This document shows, piece after piece, positions 11,968-24,385 of a stretch of DNA of 64,000 nucleotides. The stretch is from the NCBI GenBank assembly GCA_951406725.2, contig OX597815.1, positions 145,390,001 through 145,454,000 of the forward strand, read 5' to 3'. The position numbers and the translations under genes were made by a program. The stretch comes from Octopus vulgaris. Its lineage: Eukaryota. The notes below the pieces were generated by a model. That model saw only the letters and a list, made by a program, of their open reading frames with translations. It did not search any database and had not been told where the DNA came from. Every line of letters begins with the position of its first letter. Within the stretch, counting starts at the first letter, position 1.

Positions 11968-12901
11968 TTACAAAATATAAAGTTATATCTTGAGAGCGTT
12001 AGTGACAACAACGCTCAAAATATATAACAGACTGGAACAGTAGTGCTCAAATGAGCTGTATACACTTTTTAATCCGAGGGGATGCAATGCGAGCAGCAAC
12101 TACAAAAGCACTACAAAATCCACAGAAAGATCAAACACATACATATATTCATATATTCATTTATATCTACAGAACAGACATAAAGACCGACGTTTAGAAA
12201 TATATACTAATATATAAATATATAAACATCATATAAAAATATATTGTACGTATAAGATCCACTCGACGTTCCATAAGAAATTTAGAAATAAAAATTGCAA
12301 TAAAAGTTAGAGGTAATAATAACAATTGAATTAAATATAGTAAATATAGTAAGTAGTAATTAAATATATTTTATTTTATTAAAATGGTAATTAAATTGTT
12401 ATATAACAATTAAAAGAAAAAAATAGCAATTAGTATAAAATGTATCAATGACTTGAACTCGAATATGTGGCTTTGCATGAATGAGAGAAATTAAAAGATG
12501 AAAAATTTAATTGTGTGCAGAAGTGAATTAGTCCAGATGGACATGTGCTCATACCATTTACTATAGCTGCTAGATTGAATTATATGCTTATAAAGTAGCA
12601 TTCAGTATCTAGGAAAATTTTTGGGAGTACGTAATGTCTGGTCTTTCGCATGTAGCAGGTATGTAATTGTGCATTTGTTTCCGTGTACTATGTGTTGTGT
12701 GTAAAAAACATCCTGACGAGGGGAGTGTCAATTTTAAATATATAATATGCTTCATATTAATTGATGCATCTCTGAAACTTTTATGAACTTTTATGTATTT
12801 TTGTAAATTTGTATATTTGTCTTCTATGTATTTTTCTCTGGAATTTTAATTCGTTTTTTTAATATGTCATTGTATGTTTTATTACCACAAATTTATACCA
12901 A

Positions 12902-12942
12902 ACTAGCACTATGACCCGGCAACGCCGGGTCATAATGCTAGT
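12902..12942. other. Helitron-type 3' terminal hairpin + CTAG, symmetric on both strands
   Basis: actagca-c-tatgacccggc-aac-gccgggtcata-a-tgctagt. Confidence 0.6.
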
Positions 12943-13596
12943 ATATATATATATATATATATATACTCTTTACGACAGACGCGTTACGCCCTACTTGTGG
13001 CTTGATAAGTCACAGAATCATGTCTTTCACCAATTTATATACATTTAAACGATACACAGACAGACATTTTAATTTTCATTTTATGCTGTTTCAAATGAGT
13101 TCAGCCAGTATCTCTCACTATCTATGCATATACATACGTATATACATACATACATACATACATACATACATACATACATACATACATACATACATAATAC
13201 ATACATACATACATACGTACCTACGTACGTACGCACACACACATACATGTACACACCCATACATACATATACACACATATACACACATATACCCACATAT
13301 ATACATACGCCACACACACACACACAAACACACAGATATATGTAGTAGCCAACCAGGGAACGTTGGCCTGCTCGCTTAGCCAGCGGGGTGGCATTGTTCG
13401 AAAGGTAAAAACGATGTGAAGCGCATTGTGACATCATCATCATCATCATCATCATCATCATTCAGGTCACTGTAAATAATGTACATAATTCCTCATCTCT
13501 TAAATATAGAACTGTATTACAAAAAATAAGTCCTGGGGTAGATTTGTTCAACTAAACGCAGTGCTCCAGCATGGTCGCAGTCAAATGACTGAAACA

Positions 13597-13659
<63 letters not shown>

Positions 13660-13660
<1 letters not shown>

Positions 13661-14102
13661 GAGGATAATATCGATATTTAAGTATTAAATTATCAAGTGG
13701 CCAGCATGAAAAAAATACCTTACAAAGGTAAAAAAATTTTTAACAATTAAAAATGAGGGTGTCTAAAAGACACCAACATGCCGAAATAGCAGTCGAAATT
13801 CTGACTATAAAACCACGTTAAATGTTCATATCGCATCATGAGGTAAAGCGGAGGGACAAAAACATACAAGCAAAAATTATTGAATAATTCAAGATCCAAG
13901 GATTTCTGGTTCTGCTTTAAATAAGCTTTACCGTCATCAATTGAATATATCAAGGGTACATAAATACAGATATATATATGCACAGCATAATACAGATATA
14001 TATATGCACAGCATAATATGAACATTTAACGTGGTTTTATAGTCAGAATTTCGACTGCTATTTCGGCATGTTGGTGTCTTTTAGACACCCTCATTTTTAA
14101 TT
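13660..14102 (-). mobile_element. PLE-type non-coding element: perfect 87-bp inverted repeat flanking a hammerhead
   Basis: 13745-13831 is the reverse complement of 14016-14102. Both outer sides run into (TA)n. Confidence 0.8.
13888..13945 (-). ncRNA. Type I hammerhead motif (C3U variant)
   Basis: ttcaa-TTGATGA-cggt...acca-GAAA-tcc tt gg-ATC-ttgaa. Confidence 0.65.
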
Positions 14103-14732
14103 ATATATATATATATATATCTTGCATACACCGATTTTTGTCTTCTGTTGCGTATGCAGTGTTTTTACTACAACTCAGCAAGCTTTCCACTGTATCAGTG
14201 AATGCATTATTCCCTGTTTCTTATATATTAAAGCATGAATTTCGTCGAAGCACGAAACAAATGGGTGCACAAAATTGACAAGGCCCCAGGTAGGGAAAAA
14301 CTCGTTCCTTCTCAAGTGTCACTAATGCATCGATGTTCCCTTCGGTCCGATATGTATATTGTTATTTTAACAGAACCATGTCTTTAAAGAGATTTTTTTT
14401 TATCTCAGGCAAAAGAACCACAGCATCATACCTTTCAATGGCGTGTATGCCTTTAGTATGATACACAGATAGCGACAATACGATGATAGCTGCTGAATTT
14501 GTATTTTATAAATTATATTGGTTTACCTTTGATATGTTGGCTTAGCAAACATTTCAGAAGTAATTTCTGTTTCTGAAAACCTATGAAATAGGAAATCACA
14601 CGTACAAACTAACACACGCGCTCTCCCGCTTTCTCTTTCTCAAAAAACAAACAAACAAAAAACAAAAAACAAAACACACACACACACACACACACACACG
14701 TATATGTATGTATGTCAGTATATAAGTGTGTT

Positions 14733-14770
<38 letters not shown>

Positions 14771-14825
14771 CGTGTGTGTGTGTGAGTGTGTATCTACGTA
14801 TTTATTATACATTTATTATATATGA

Positions 14826-14860
<35 letters not shown>

Positions 14861-14876
14861 CGTGTGTGTATTTGTG

Positions 14877-14915
<39 letters not shown>

Positions 14916-15346
14916 ATAGATATGTGTGTGCGTATAGATATGTGTGTGCGTATATATATACATATATATATATATATGTTCACATTAGATATGTTATATT
15001 GATGCAATTGACATAAGTTTTCTTGGATTAATTTCAGAGCACGGATTTCGGGGAGAGAAAATAAATAAATGAAATAAAAAGAAAAAACAAACACCTCAGA
15101 AAGAAACAAGTTAGAAACCAAAGAATTGCGACAAACTGAGAATTTAATTAAATTTCAATTTTTTTGTTTTTTTTATTGGTTTAATTTGTTTGTTGGAATT
15201 AAACCAAAGCCATAAAGATGACCTTTAAAGATTTCATCTCTACGTTCTAACTTAAATTCCTACATTCATTATTTAGAACAAATGTAGAGGCAGACATTCT
15301 TTTTTCGATTCTTCGAAGCGGAATGGTTATATGACAGTATCTCTGT

Positions 15347-15570
15347 GGCACTCAGTCGGTTATGACAACGACGAGGGTTCCATTTGATCCGATCAACGGA
15401 ACAGCCTGCTCGTGAAATTAACGTTTAAGTGGAAGATCACTCCACAGACACGTGTACCCTTAACGTAATTCTTGGGGTTCAGCGTGACACAGGGTGTGAC
15501 AAGGTTGGCCCTTTGAAGTACAGGTACAACAGAAACAGGAAGAGAGAGTGAGTGAAAGTTGTGATGTAAG
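15347..15570 (-). mobile_element. SINE family C, 3' part
   Basis: ggcactc.gtcggtt..gac.acgacgagggttcca.ttgatccgatcaacggaacag..., shared with 28997-29195. Joins the same gagtgagagaaagttgtgg body as family D. Confidence 0.75.
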
Positions 15571-15573
15571 AGA

Positions 15574-15609
<36 letters not shown>

Positions 15610-15837
15610 CAAACAGAAAGAAAGGGAGAGAAACAGATAGACAGACAGACCGATAGATACATATACGCTGTCAGACTGGGTAGATCAATTGCTTGATGAC
15701 AATTCGAACTAACTTTTATTGAGAAGGTGAGATAATCTGAAGAACCAGTTCTAGAAAACTGACATTTCAGTGAGGAAAAACAGTCTGATTGACTGAGGGA
15801 AAAGGACAGGTTTGGATAAGTGTGTGTGCGTGTGTGC

Positions 15838-15876
<39 letters not shown>

Positions 15877-16283
15877 GGTATATACATGTATGTGTATGTG
15901 TATATATGGGTATATACATGCATATATATTGTTGCTATTATGTTAAACTGCCGTATTTCCAAATTGGCCAAAAGCATTCTTTTTTTTCAATATTTAATTG
16001 TGCTTGGAATAGCCGGTTCTTTTGGTCAGACTATCGTATCTCTAGCTGCTTCAGATGGCAAGATATGAAAGTTGTCAAAGTGTAATACAACGGTTTAGCA
16101 TTTTTCAAAAGTGTAGTAAGTCCCACATCCGGCAGTTTTGTAAAAATATTTCTGGCTGAAAATATCATACATGCATGGAGTTACGATTTTATGCAACCAA
16201 CAAAATATTATTGTTAAGCTGGAACTGTTGCTAATATAAAAAGAAATGGAATGATGAAACTATTTCTTCTGAAAAAGCAACGA

Positions 16284-16813
16284 TATGCCACTGCTGGTGA
16301 TATCATCAATTTTAAAATTTATTCACAGATGATATGAACAGTAGTGACATCTGATTTCAAATCTCAGTGTTTGAATGTTTTGCTTATAAAATTTTATGCA
16401 CGATGTGCTCTGATTTTGGCGCAAAACAAAACCAGTTGCACAGTCAGAGTTTAACGTGACAGTTATGGATTATTACCCGGCAGGCCACACTGACAAGGTT
16501 CAGGGTTTAAATACCCAATAGCCGAAACCTGGTTTGCGGATATCCCTAACTGCATAATATTTTTATTTGTGTTGTTAAATGTTTTAATCCTTTCTGTTTT
16601 TCTCGCATACTGTTTTTCTCTGCTATCTTGGTGCGTTACGGTGGATAAATTTAAGACTTTAGCTCTTATTTCTAGCAGGTGGATGCTTGTTAAGCATCCT
16701 TACGCTTAGTGAAAATTTAAAATTCATAGCTATTTAATGCTATTGCGCCTGCGATCCATCTATGTCACTGCTGGTGATAACATCAAATTTAAAATTTATC
16801 CACAGATGATATT

Positions 16814-16818
<5 letters not shown>
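16284..16818 (+). mobile_element. Non-coding element with ~55-bp direct terminal repeats (477-bp period) and central hammerhead
   Basis: tatg.cactgctggtgata.catcaa.tttaaaatttat.cacagatgatat at 16284 and 16761. HHR ccaca-CTGACAA-ggtt...agcc-GAAAC-ctg-GTT-tgcgg at 16485-16539. Ends in (TA)n. Confidence 0.65.
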
Positions 16819-16869
<51 letters not shown>

Positions 16870-16873
<4 letters not shown>

Positions 16874-17712
16874 AAATAATTAGGGTGAAAAATTGAATAT
16901 TAATTTGATCAAAATCAATTTAAAACCAGTGGTCTAGCATATCGAAAAATATGAAGATTCAGAAAAAATGTGTTACATTTATATATATAAGAAGGATGAC
17001 CACTAAGTGGACATCCATGTGCTAGAAGTCACCCCCACCCCCATGGTCTTACCACTAAGAAAGGAATGTTCTCAAGAAAATTTAGCAAACGCCAGAACAT
17101 AAGCGAGCAAGACAAATGAAAAGATACAAAATATAAAGATTAATCACAAACCAGTTTCGTTGTTACTACTTACGTAATCACTTACGTAGAATGTTCGCAA
17201 CTCATCAGTGTGATCGTCATAGCAAAATATAATTTGAAGAACTATACACGAGACGTCCGCATGAGATTGAACATGTATATAGTTCTACCATTTACATTTG
17301 GGGTTACATTTCAAAAGTTTTCGTTTTGGCGCGCCAAAATACCGGAAATAATTCTGCAGAAAATAATTCTCTGCAGTGAATTTTGCCGGTCAGAGAACAT
17401 AGTTAGTTAAATTTAGATTTAAAATAATGGGTGAAAAGTTGAATATTAATTTGATTAATATCAATTTAAAACCAGTGGTCTAGCATATAGAAAAATCGGA
17501 AGATTCAGAAAAATTGTATTACATATATATAAGAGGATGACCACTAAGTGGACATCGATATGCTAGAAGTCGACCCGCTAAGGTTTTCACTTGTCTTGCT
17601 CACTTACGTTCTGGCGTTTGCTAAATTTTCTTGAGAACATTCCTTTCTTAGTGGTAAGACCATAAGGGTCGACTTCTAGCATATGGATGTCCACTTAGTG
17701 GTCATCCCTCTT
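16870..17712 (-). mobile_element. PLE-type non-coding element: ~550-bp unit, partial tandem copy and 5' inverted segment
   Basis: 16871-17032 is repeated directly at 17419-17576. 17584-17712 is an inverted copy of ~16985-17122. (TA)n on both sides. Confidence 0.8.
17143..17214 (-). ncRNA. Type I hammerhead motif with extended stem II
   Basis: atcaca-CTGATGA-gttg...caac-GAAAC-tg-GTT-tgtgat. Confidence 0.75.
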
Positions 17713-17836
17713 ATATATATATATATATACACCGGAGTAAGCACATAAATGTGAAACAAGGTGGAAACAAGAGTACTCAAATACCAGTGGTAGAGTAATA
17801 TGCTTTATTTAAAAGCATCAGAAAATATAACAAAAG

Positions 17837-17874
17837 CTGTTACTCAGAGTTTCACGTTCCCGTTCATCGGACAG
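17837..17874 (-). ncRNA. Type I hammerhead motif (family F, CCGAUGA core)
   Basis: ctgt-CCGATGA-acg ggaa cgt-GAAAC-tctga-GTA-acag. Confidence 0.8.
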
Positions 17875-17905
17875 TTTAGTTAAAATAGAACCGAAATAAC
17901 GATTT

Positions 17906-18131
<226 letters not shown>

Positions 18132-18279
18132 AGAGCCTCAGTTCAAATCGCACTTCCCTCGAATGGGCTGGAGTATTTCTATTTTGGATGTATTTGGGGT
18201 ACTTAGTTGTGCCCATGATTTAGTATTTGCTTCTTCCATGGGTGCGAGTAAGTATCTCATTTATTTCTTTTGCCACATG

Positions 18280-18337
18280 TATCACTGACGAAGAGAGAGC
18301 TCTTAGTAGCTAACTCTGAAATCGGTCCGATATGGTA
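18280..18337 (+). ncRNA. Type I hammerhead motif
   Basis: tatca-CTGACGA-agag...ctct-GAAA-tcgg t ccg-ATA-tggta. Confidence 0.75.
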
Positions 18338-18586
18338 ATAATGGAATTTTTTAGAAATTTCTGTCAGCCTTCTTTCGAGTAGCGTGCGTATTGTGAAAAA
18401 ATTATATGGTTAATGGACAATATGTCCAACTTTTCGGCATATTTGTCATTAGAATTTTTTTCCTTTGCCCTCATTTATGAATTGTTTATAAATTTAACCG
18501 TTAAAGGTATTTTTTAATATGCTGGCCATTGATAAAATTGTTTTCGAGAAAATATTTTTTTTCGAAAAGAATTTTATCCTCACATT

Positions 18587-18649
<63 letters not shown>

Positions 18650-18699
18650 TAAATATATGCATATATGTCTGTATAGAACTTTTCAAAGCTGATAAAGTT

Positions 18700-19240
18700 G
18701 AGCTATGATGCTATACTTCTCCATGGAACACAGATTACATCTCTTTACTCCATTTTTAATATTGACTTCCTGTTTCAATAATACTCCAGTTAATTGTAAT
18801 ATTGTTAATTCCACAATCCTTCAGTTTTCAGTCAGAAGTAGAATTCATTCTTGCTCTGGCTTTGAATGCATGGTCTTCTTTCTGTTAATCACATCTAATT
18901 CTTTTAAGTAGTCTCAGCAGTTTTATCTTTGTTTTATAAGAAAGCACTTTAGGAAATAGTTTCCGTTAAGTAGGCAAGAAGTGATATTTGAAACTGCATT
19001 TTCCCTGGATGGGCTTCTATTACTAGATTTTTTTCGTGTTGGTTTTATATTTGTGGTTCTCAATTATTGAAGCAGCTGTAGCTAACATTAACATTGTTCG
19101 TATTGAAGATTTTATTGAGAACTCTTAATCCACTTCAAGTTATACCTTGCAGAAATATTTAGTATTCGATATGTTCTACAAAAGGTTTGAGATATTGTCT
19201 GCCAGCAGGGATAAGAACAAATTCCACTTGAGAAATTCAG
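18700..19240 (-). mobile_element. Heavily decayed Naiad-type Penelope-like ORF remnant (thumb/GIY-YIG)
   Basis: Minus strand reads LNKIFNTNNVNVSYSC...SCLLNGNYFLK...GINNITINWSIIETGSQY/NGVKRCNLCSMEKYSII, colinear with the 38-kb element. Confidence 0.7.
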
Positions 19241-19339
19241 TAGTAGACTCAGTAATTATATTCACCAGCATGACCACTGCTACCTCACCATCTTCATATC
19301 ATCATTACCACCACCACCCACATAAACCAATTGATAATA

Positions 19340-19550
19340 TTGGTTTCAAAGTCCGACACAAATCCAGCAATTTTGGAGGAGTTAAGTTGATTACATCGAC
19401 CCCAGTGCTCAACTGGTACTTATTTTATTGATCCTAAAAGGATAAAAGGTTAAGTGAACCTCGTCGAAATATGAACTCAGAACCTGAAGAAGGACGAAAT
19501 GTTGCTAAGCATTTTTCCCGGCTTGCAACGTGTGGGCCAGCTCGCCACCT
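19340..19550 (-). mobile_element. SINE family B, degenerate
   Basis: atcgaccccagtgctcaactggtacttatttt...gaactcagaac...gccagctcgcc. Confidence 0.75.
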
Positions 19551-20282
19551 TCAATATGATAAAAATATTAACAAGAAGTGTAACTTGTGTTGGACTGCAA
19601 ACCGTTGTATTACGTCACATCTTGAAGGATATGTTTTTGTAATCCAAGAGAGGGAGATCGCGAAGATATATATATAAATGAGACAGTAAAGCCCTTAAAC
19701 TCCCAAGTTGAATCCGAAAATGTCGATTATATCACAGCTTTGTGGAAGATATACATATAATCAGCAATTATTAAAAAATGTTATAATTATTACTTTCCAT
19801 TGAGACATGCTGTTGTTGCTAAAACAATTTACAATTCCTTCTACACAAAACACTGCTCTAGCAGATGGACAACGCCCCTGTTAGTGAATATATGCATATG
19901 TATCAAGACAAGGAATTTTGGTGGAACATTGCCATGAAAACTTCTACAAAGTACAAATCTAAAATGTTTGACATAAACATTTGAAACACAAGCAGCATTT
20001 ACAACCATAGAAGTTAGCCATCTTGAAAATATGAACATCACTGAGAACATTTACAGCAGTGGCCAAAAGTTTGGAACATAGGTCAGAAAATTAGAATTTT
20101 AAAATTAAGTGCCCAAATGTAGTTCTGTATTTAAGAGATGAGGGATTATGTACATTATTTACATTATTTACATTTGAAGAATATGGATTTTATTACCAAT
20201 TTTTGATGCCTACTTACTTTTCACTCAACCTGTATTTCACATCTCTGGATTCAACAGTTGAGTCTGTCTGACTGTTGCCTCT

Positions 20283-20284
<2 letters not shown>

Positions 20285-20348
<64 letters not shown>

Positions 20349-20372
20349 ATATGTATATATATATATATATAT

Positions 20373-20420
<48 letters not shown>

Positions 20421-20519
20421 GTATATATGTATATATTATATATATATGTATATATATGTATATATGTATATCATCTCTGGATTCAACAGTTGAGTCTGTC
20501 TGTCTGACTGTTTGCCTCT

Positions 20520-20577
<58 letters not shown>

Positions 20578-20600
20578 ATATGTATATATGTATATATGTA

Positions 20601-20695
<95 letters not shown>

Positions 20696-20700
20696 ATATG

Positions 20701-20735
<35 letters not shown>

Positions 20736-20773
20736 GTATATATATATGTATATATGTATATATATATATATAT

Positions 20774-20804
<31 letters not shown>

Positions 20805-21041
20805 ATATGTATATATATATGTATATATTATATATATATGTATATATATATATATATATATGTATATATGTTATATATATATATGTATATATGTATATAT
20901 ATATGTATATATGTATATATATATGTATGTATATATGTATATATATATGTATATATGTATATATGTATATATATATGTATATATATATGTATATATATAT
21001 GTATATATATATGTATATATATATGTATATATATGTATATA

Positions 21042-21104
<63 letters not shown>

Positions 21105-21181
21105 GTGTATATATATATATATGTGTATATATATATATATATGTGTATATATATATATATGTGTATATATATATATATGTG

Positions 21182-21240
<59 letters not shown>

Positions 21241-21313
21241 GTGTATATATATATATATGTATATATATGTATATATATATATATGTATATATATATATGT
21301 GTATATATATATG

Positions 21314-21381
<68 letters not shown>

Positions 21382-21391
21382 GTATATATAT
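20285..21391. repeat. ~1.1-kb (TA)n/(TATATG)n tract with a ~50-bp duplicated unique flank
   Basis: catctctggattcaacagttgagtctgtctg occurs at ~20239 and ~20472. Confidence 0.95.
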
Positions 21392-21392
21392 A

Positions 21393-22133
21393 GCAGTCTA
21401 CAAATCTGTTGTTCTATCTACGCTTCTGTATGGTGCCGAAACGTGGACCTTGTATCGCAAGGATATCAATCAGCTTGATTCCTTCTATATGTGATGTCTG
21501 CGTTCTATTTGCAATGTTAAATGGCAAGATCATGTTCGAAATAGTGAGTTACTAGAGAGGTGTGAGATCACTGGTATTGAAACCTTTTTGATTAAGATAC
21601 AAATGCGGTGGTCTGGTCATCTCGTAAGAATGGATGACTCAAGAGTTCCAAAGTAGCTTTTTTATGGGCAATTGACAAATTCTTCCCGTCCAACAGGGCG
21701 TCCTCTTCTTCGTTACAAGGACAAACTAAAAGGCAATCTGAAGCGTTGCGACATTGCTCTGAGCTCCTGGGAGAGTGCAGCAGGGGATCGCAGCAAATGG
21801 AGGAAAAGGTATTTTCTAAAGACTAGAGAATTTGAAAGTAACCGTCTTCGTCATAGGGACGCTCTTCGTGCAAATTTGAAAGCAACGCATCAGCAAAATC
21901 CACCAAACAATGACTGTGTGTGTCACTGTGGGTTTAAAGCACGAAGCAAAGCTGGGTTAGCTGTTCACTCGAGAAGACATTTTGAACCAACGAATACATG
22001 CAGGTGTACCATTTGTGAGAAAGTGTGCAAGACATCTGCTGGATTGAAGGTACACATGCGGTGTCACAAGGCTTAGGAATTGTTGCAGGTTATTTACTGA
22101 ACCCTCATTCATCGTCTTCGATGAGAGAATCCA

Positions 22134-22137
<4 letters not shown>
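21393..22137 (+). mobile_element. RTE(BovB-like) LINE, 5'-truncated, ending in two C2H2-like fingers
   Basis: [20 protein letters not shown]...WQDHVRNSELL...RWSGHLVRMDDSRVPK*LFYG...[20 protein letters not shown]...[21 protein letters not shown]. Two in-frame stops and a short 3' UTR. Confidence 0.92.
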
Positions 22138-22186
<49 letters not shown>

Positions 22187-22251
22187 CATATATGTTGTAT
22201 GTGTATGAACATATTTTTTTGCGTATGTATATAGATATATATGTACTTGTG

Positions 22252-22309
<58 letters not shown>

Positions 22310-23159
22310 ACACACATATATATTGGTAGATATATAGATACATAAACTGATTCACAAAATGAAAGCTACACTGAGTAATATATATATATGTCTACCTATC
22401 CATCTACGTTTATGTAAGTGTATATATTCATCTACCTATATGTACACACACACCAACGCACACACACATTTACACACACGCGCACACGCACATACTAGGA
22501 TAAAGAAATGTGAAAATAGTGTGTCGGGCAAATTTTTATAGCAACCAAACGGAAAGGTAAATAATTAGACCAGAAGAGAGACAAATTGAAAAAAATGGGT
22601 GGAAAAGAAAAAGAAATAATGAAGAAAGAAATATATTGGAAGAACAGCAATCTAAACCTTTTGAAGTAAAAAGCAAAGAAAAAAATGTAAAAACAACAAA
22701 CAAAAAGGTTAACAGGATAACTGAAGTATATGAAAATACAGTCAAGGACGTAAGTTAAGAAAAAAATGGATAAGTAGGAAGGGAATAATGGGCAGAGGGA
22801 GAGATGAGAGGAGAGAGGGGAGAGTTAGTGAGAGAAAGAAGGGAAAGAGAGAGAAAGAAGAGAGGGAGGGAAGAAAGGGGGTAGGAAGAAGTTTATGTGG
22901 ACATGAATAATGATAAAAGAAAAGATGAGGAACGAGGATGCTCAAGTGTTTGGAAAACGAAGTGGATGCTTGACAGAGGACCTAGATTGGACGAAAGGTA
23001 GATAGATAGATAAATAGATAGACAGATAGATGGATTGCTAATTATATAGATAGATGGATAGATAGATAAATAGATAGGGATGAGGATAGATAGATAGATA
23101 GCTAGATAGTGAGGAGGATAGATAGACAGATAGATAGATAGATGGATAGATAGGTATTC

Positions 23160-23429
23160 TTACTTTTATTCTTATACTTCTTTCAGTCATTTCACTGCGG
23201 CCATGCTGGAGCACCATCTTAAACAGTTTTAGTCAAACAAATCGACCATAGGACTTTGTTTTCTAAGCCTAGTACTTATTCTATCAATCTCTTTGCCGAA
23301 CCGCTAGGTTACGGAGAGGGAAACACACCAACGTCGGTTTTCAAGCGATGGTGGTGGGGACAAACACAGACACAAACACACAAAACTTTGTGAGTGGATT
23401 TGGTAGACGGAAACTGAAAGAAGCCCGTC

Positions 23430-23496
<67 letters not shown>

Positions 23497-23699
23497 AGTG
23501 TTTGTGTCTCTGTATTTGTAACCAACCATCGCTTGACAACTGATGTTGGTGTGTTTAAATCCCCGTAACTTAGCGGTTCAGCTTAAGAGACCGATGGAAT
23601 AAGTACTTGGCTTGCAAAGAATAAGTCCTGGGGTCGATTTGTTCTAACAAACGCGGTGCTCCAGCATGGCAGCAGTCAAATAAGTGAAACAAATGAAAG

Positions 23700-23702
<3 letters not shown>
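23160..23702. mobile_element. Two SINE family A fragments in opposite orientation (minus 23160-23380; plus 23386-23702)
   Basis: Both match the family A body/tail. Confidence 0.8.
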
Positions 23703-23736
<34 letters not shown>

Positions 23737-23925
23737 CAATAATAATTCTCTAAAAGAGATATAGACAGTAACTGCTCGATAACATAAGGGACTAAAGCCA
23801 TCTGAATATGGCTAGGGACAGGGCAGGGTGGTGGGGGTGTTACTGTTGCATTTAGCCCCAGGCGAACATCGACGTCACCAGAAAGGCTAGACACCGTCAC
23901 GGTGTCCTTATCCTGCAAAGGGAGG

Positions 23926-24023
23926 TAATTCCCCGATGAAGCGGAAACCACACACGGACCATGGTTTCAAGGTGTATTGCCTATCATCGGCGTGTGGTAG
24001 GCTTCCGCCTCCTCGACGAATTC
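23926..24023 (-). ncRNA. Type I hammerhead ribozyme with long stem I (unit 1)
   Basis: gcggaagcct-accacacg-CCGATGA-tagg caataca cctt-GAAAC-catg-GTC-cgtgtgtggt-ttccgc. Predicted cleavage after C at 23957. Confidence 0.85.
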
Positions 24024-24287
24024 TCACTCTGCAGGATTTTCACATATAGATTTTCAAGCAAAATACATTTGCTGATTTCGAAAATCTGTTCGAAAGCAAT
24101 AATAATTCTCTTAAAAGAGATATAGACAGTAACTGCTCGATAACATAAGGGACTAAAGCCATCTGAATATGGCTAGGGACAGGGCAGGGTGGTGGGGGTG
24201 TTACTGTTGCATTTAGCCCCAGGCGAACATCGACGTCACCAGAAAGGCTAGACACCGTCACGGTGTCCTTATCCTGCAAAAGGGAGG

Positions 24288-24385
24288 TAATTCCCCGATG
24301 AAGCGGAAACCACACACGGACCATGGTTTCAAGGTGTATTGCCTATCGTCGGCGTGTGGTAGGCTTCCGCCTCCTCGACGAATTC
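24288..24385 (-). ncRNA. Type I hammerhead ribozyme with long stem I (unit 2)
   Basis: Same as unit 1 with core CCGACGA. Predicted cleavage after C at 24319. Confidence 0.85.

Noticed and set aside
20052-20082. Tc1-like TIR (tacagcagtggccaaaagtttgg)
   Set aside because: No partner TIR or transposase found.
20258-21494. Long ORFs of 293-406 aa, and dozens of similar YI/HT/CV/LS-repeat ORFs across the window
   Set aside because: Translations of (TA)n, (CA)n and (TCTA)n microsatellites; only the last ~30 codons here belong to the RTE remnant.
21672-22076. Host C2H2 zinc-finger gene
   Set aside because: In frame with the RTE RT thumb; part of a LINE.
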